DNA of 64,000 nucleotides, taken from the NCBI GenBank assembly GCA_031273305.1, contig JAISSC010000225.1, positions 322 to 64,321 of the forward strand, given 5' to 3'. Positions 62,154-64,000 of this stretch are shown piece after piece. The position numbers and the translations under genes are program-made. The DNA comes from Flavobacteriaceae bacterium (GTDB lineage: Bacteria > Bacteroidota > Bacteroidia > Flavobacteriales > Weeksellaceae). Every line of letters begins with the position of its first letter. Positions within the stretch are counted from its first letter, which is position 1. The notes beneath the pieces were generated by a model. The model searched no databases, was not told the origin of the DNA, and was given only the letters and a program-made list of their open reading frames with translations.

Positions 62154-62425
62154 CAACAGTAGTTTTTGATTTTAATACGATTCAGACCCTGCCCGATTTT
62201 TATAAACTTTTCCAAAAAGAATTTAGACTTACTCCCGTTGTGGCAAATAATCTGGATGGTTTGTGGGACGCTATTACGGGAATAATAAAACTTCCCGTGA
62301 GAATTGAATTTCAAAACTTGAGCTTGGATAAATTAAACACGTTTCAAAACTTGATCTCTTTATTTGAGAACGCAGAAAAAGAAACGGATACTGAATTAGG
62401 GTTTGCTTATTTCGTATCTAAGTGA
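62150..62425 (+). CDS. Barstar-family ribonuclease inhibitor
   Basis: NNLDGLWDAITG signature; ATGA overlap with the RNase gene. Confidence 0.9.
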   Translation: MTTVVFDFNTIQTLPDFYKLFQKEFRLTPVVANNLDGLWDAITGIIKLPVRIEFQNLSLDKLNTFQNLISLFENAEKETDTELGFAYFVSK

Positions 62426-62489
62426 AATTAATCTACCTTTGCTGTCTGTAATGCTATTGATAAGAAAACTATAAAAAACGCACATATCG

Positions 62490-63215
62490 GTGTCAGATAA
62501 AAAATTAGTCATAATACCTACTTACAACGAAAAGGAAAATATTAAAGATATTATCCTGTGTGTCCTGAATCTGGAAAAAAGTTTTGATGTTCTGGTTGTG
62601 GATGATTCCTCTCCCGACGGAACAGGTAATCTGGTAAAGGAATTAAAGGGGCTTTATCCGAATCGGGTATTTTTAGAAGAACGAGAAGAAAAAAACGGAT
62701 TGGGGCGGGCATACATTCATGGATTTAAATGGGCATTAACTCATGAATATGACTATATTTTTGAAATGGATGCAGATTTTTCCCATAATCCTACGGATTT
62801 GATTCGACTTTATGAAGCCTGTAAAAACGGGGCTGACATGTCAATAGGTTCCCGATATTCGCAGGGAGTGAATGTGGTAAACTGGCCAATGAACCGCGTT
62901 TTGCTTTCTTTTTTTGCTTCTAAATACGTACGGTTTATCACAGGACTGCCTGTTCATGACTCCACTGCGGGGTTTGTTTGCTTCACCCGGAAAGTATTGG
63001 AAACCATACCTCTGGATAAAGTAAAATTAGTTGGATATGGATTTCAAATCGAGATGAAATTCAGGGCTTATTGTAGAAATTTTAAAATTGTGGAAGTTCC
63101 TATTATCTTTACAGACCGAACCAGAGGAGAATCAAAAATGAGCGGAGCTATTATCAGTGAGGCGGTTTTTGGGGTAATTAAAATGAAAATTATGGCTTTA
63201 CGAGGAAAATTATGA
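62490..63215 (+). CDS. Polyprenol monophosphomannose synthase (GT2, Dpm1-like)
   Basis: IIPTYNE, VDDSSPDGT, GLGRAY, MDADFSHNP, GSRY, GYGFQIE. Confidence 0.93.
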   Translation: MSDKKLVIIPTYNEKENIKDIILCVLNLEKSFDVLVVDDSSPDGTGNLVKELKGLYPNRVFLEEREEKNGLGRAYIHGFKWALTHEYDYIFEMDADFSHNPTDLIRLYEACKNGADMSIGSRYSQGVNVVNWPMNRVLLSFFASKYVRFITGLPVHDSTAGFVCFTRKVLETIPLDKVKLVGYGFQIEMKFRAYCRNFKIVEVPIIFTDRTRGESKMSGAIISEAVFGVIKMKIMALRGKL

Positions 63216-63610
63216 GATATATATTAACCATATTGTTTTGTTTATTGCTTTTTTCCTGTCAACATGCACTGGAGAAACCCGAAAACTTGTTATCCAGAAA
63301 AGAAATGGCAGCTATTTTAACCGATATTTATCTTTATAAACAAACCTCCAACAATATGCCACTGAGTAAAGATACCGCTTTCGATACTTATGTGTCTATA
63401 TTTATAGAACACAACACCACCAAAGAAATATTTCAGGACAGTTATAATTACTACTATGCAGAGGCGAATGCCATGCAGCATATTTATGATGATGTAACGG
63501 ATAACCTAAAAGATAAACTAACCGAAGAGCAGTTACAGGTATTAGAAGAAGAAGAAGAAGAAGAAAGATTGGAAGAGGAAGAAAAAAAGAATGCCGAAAC
63601 TCCCGAATAA
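63212..63610 (+). CDS. DUF4296-like lipoprotein with acidic tail
   Basis: Lipobox LFSC, KPENLL...M..IL.DI, F.DSY.YY; GAA-rich 3' end. Confidence 0.75.
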   Translation: MRYILTILFCLLLFSCQHALEKPENLLSRKEMAAILTDIYLYKQTSNNMPLSKDTAFDTYVSIFIEHNTTKEIFQDSYNYYYAEANAMQHIYDDVTDNLKDKLTEEQLQVLEEEEEEERLEEEEKKNAETPE

Positions 63611-63619
63611 GAATAAAAA

Positions 63620-64000
63620 ATGAAGAATTGTATTACACTGTTGGTTTTTATCTTTTCTACCTTAGTTTTTTCTCAAGACAGGAAATTATATAATCCCGAA
63701 GACAATGCACAACAAAAAATAGATTCTTCCCTTGTTGTAGCCAAACAAGAACATAAATTCGTTTTATTACAAATCGGGGGAAACTGGTGTATATGGTGTT
63801 TACGGTTTAACAAATTAACTGAGGAGACTCCCGAATTAAAAAAATCTCTGGACGATAACTTTATCGTTTATCATTTGAACTATTCCAAAGAAAACAAAAA
63901 CGAACCTGTCCTGGCACAGTTAGGATTTCCCCAACGATTCGGATTTCCCGTTTTTGTGATTTTAAATGAGAACGGCGAAAGAGTCCACACCCAGCAAACT
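63620..64000 (+). CDS. Thioredoxin-family protein, truncated by the window edge
   Basis: Manual translation MKNCITLLVFIFSTLVFSQDRKLYNPEDNA...QIGGNWCIWCLRF...FGFPVFV; WCxxC motif. Confidence 0.88.
   Translation, partial: MKNCITLLVFIFSTLVFSQDRKLYNPEDNAQQKIDSSLVVAKQEHKFVLLQIGGNWCIWCLRFNKLTEETPELKKSLDDNFIVYHLNYSKENKNEPVLAQLGFPQRFGFPVFVILNENGERVHTQQT

Noticed and set aside
63544-63590. GAA microsatellite as a phase-variation tract
   Set aside because: Triplet, in-frame poly-Glu tail at the protein end; slippage would not switch expression

Overview
AT-rich chromosomal window from a Bacteroidota (Flavobacteriia, probably Weeksellaceae) bacterium. This is inferred from gene content, the exonuclease-fused DnaE and TAnnTTTG -7 promoter boxes before many genes. 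Most of it is housekeeping: tyrS, menA, rnhA, two NlpC/P60 hydrolases, ABC-F/smpB, ompA, gap/pfkA, a Wzy/Wza/Wzc polysaccharide locus, holA, a complete his operon with an unannotated His-rich leader peptide and attenuator, thrABC, frr/pyrH, folC, three tRNAs, rpsT, acs, lysC, dnaE, ogt, barnase-barstar and a polyprenol-phosphate mannose synthase. The most notable items are: (1) a PIN-GNAT-EVE/PUA protein plus ASCH protein cassette inserted between hisH and hisA with its own promoter box, a candidate RNA-modification toxin-antitoxin or defence module; (2) a 1262-aa tandem acyl-CoA synthetase whose N-terminal copy has lost its catalytic motifs while the C-terminal Acs is intact; (3) a 609-aa hypothetical protein whose motifs line up with FMN/[4Fe-4S] FabK/FabX/nitronate-monooxygenase enzymes; (4) decayed accessory genes (internally deleted AbiEii toxin with an orphan antitoxin, and a RhuM pseudogene); (5) mosaics of GTAG-type REP palindromes and a Flavo-1-like element in three intergenic spacers. 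All family calls come from motif recognition by eye; no database search was run.
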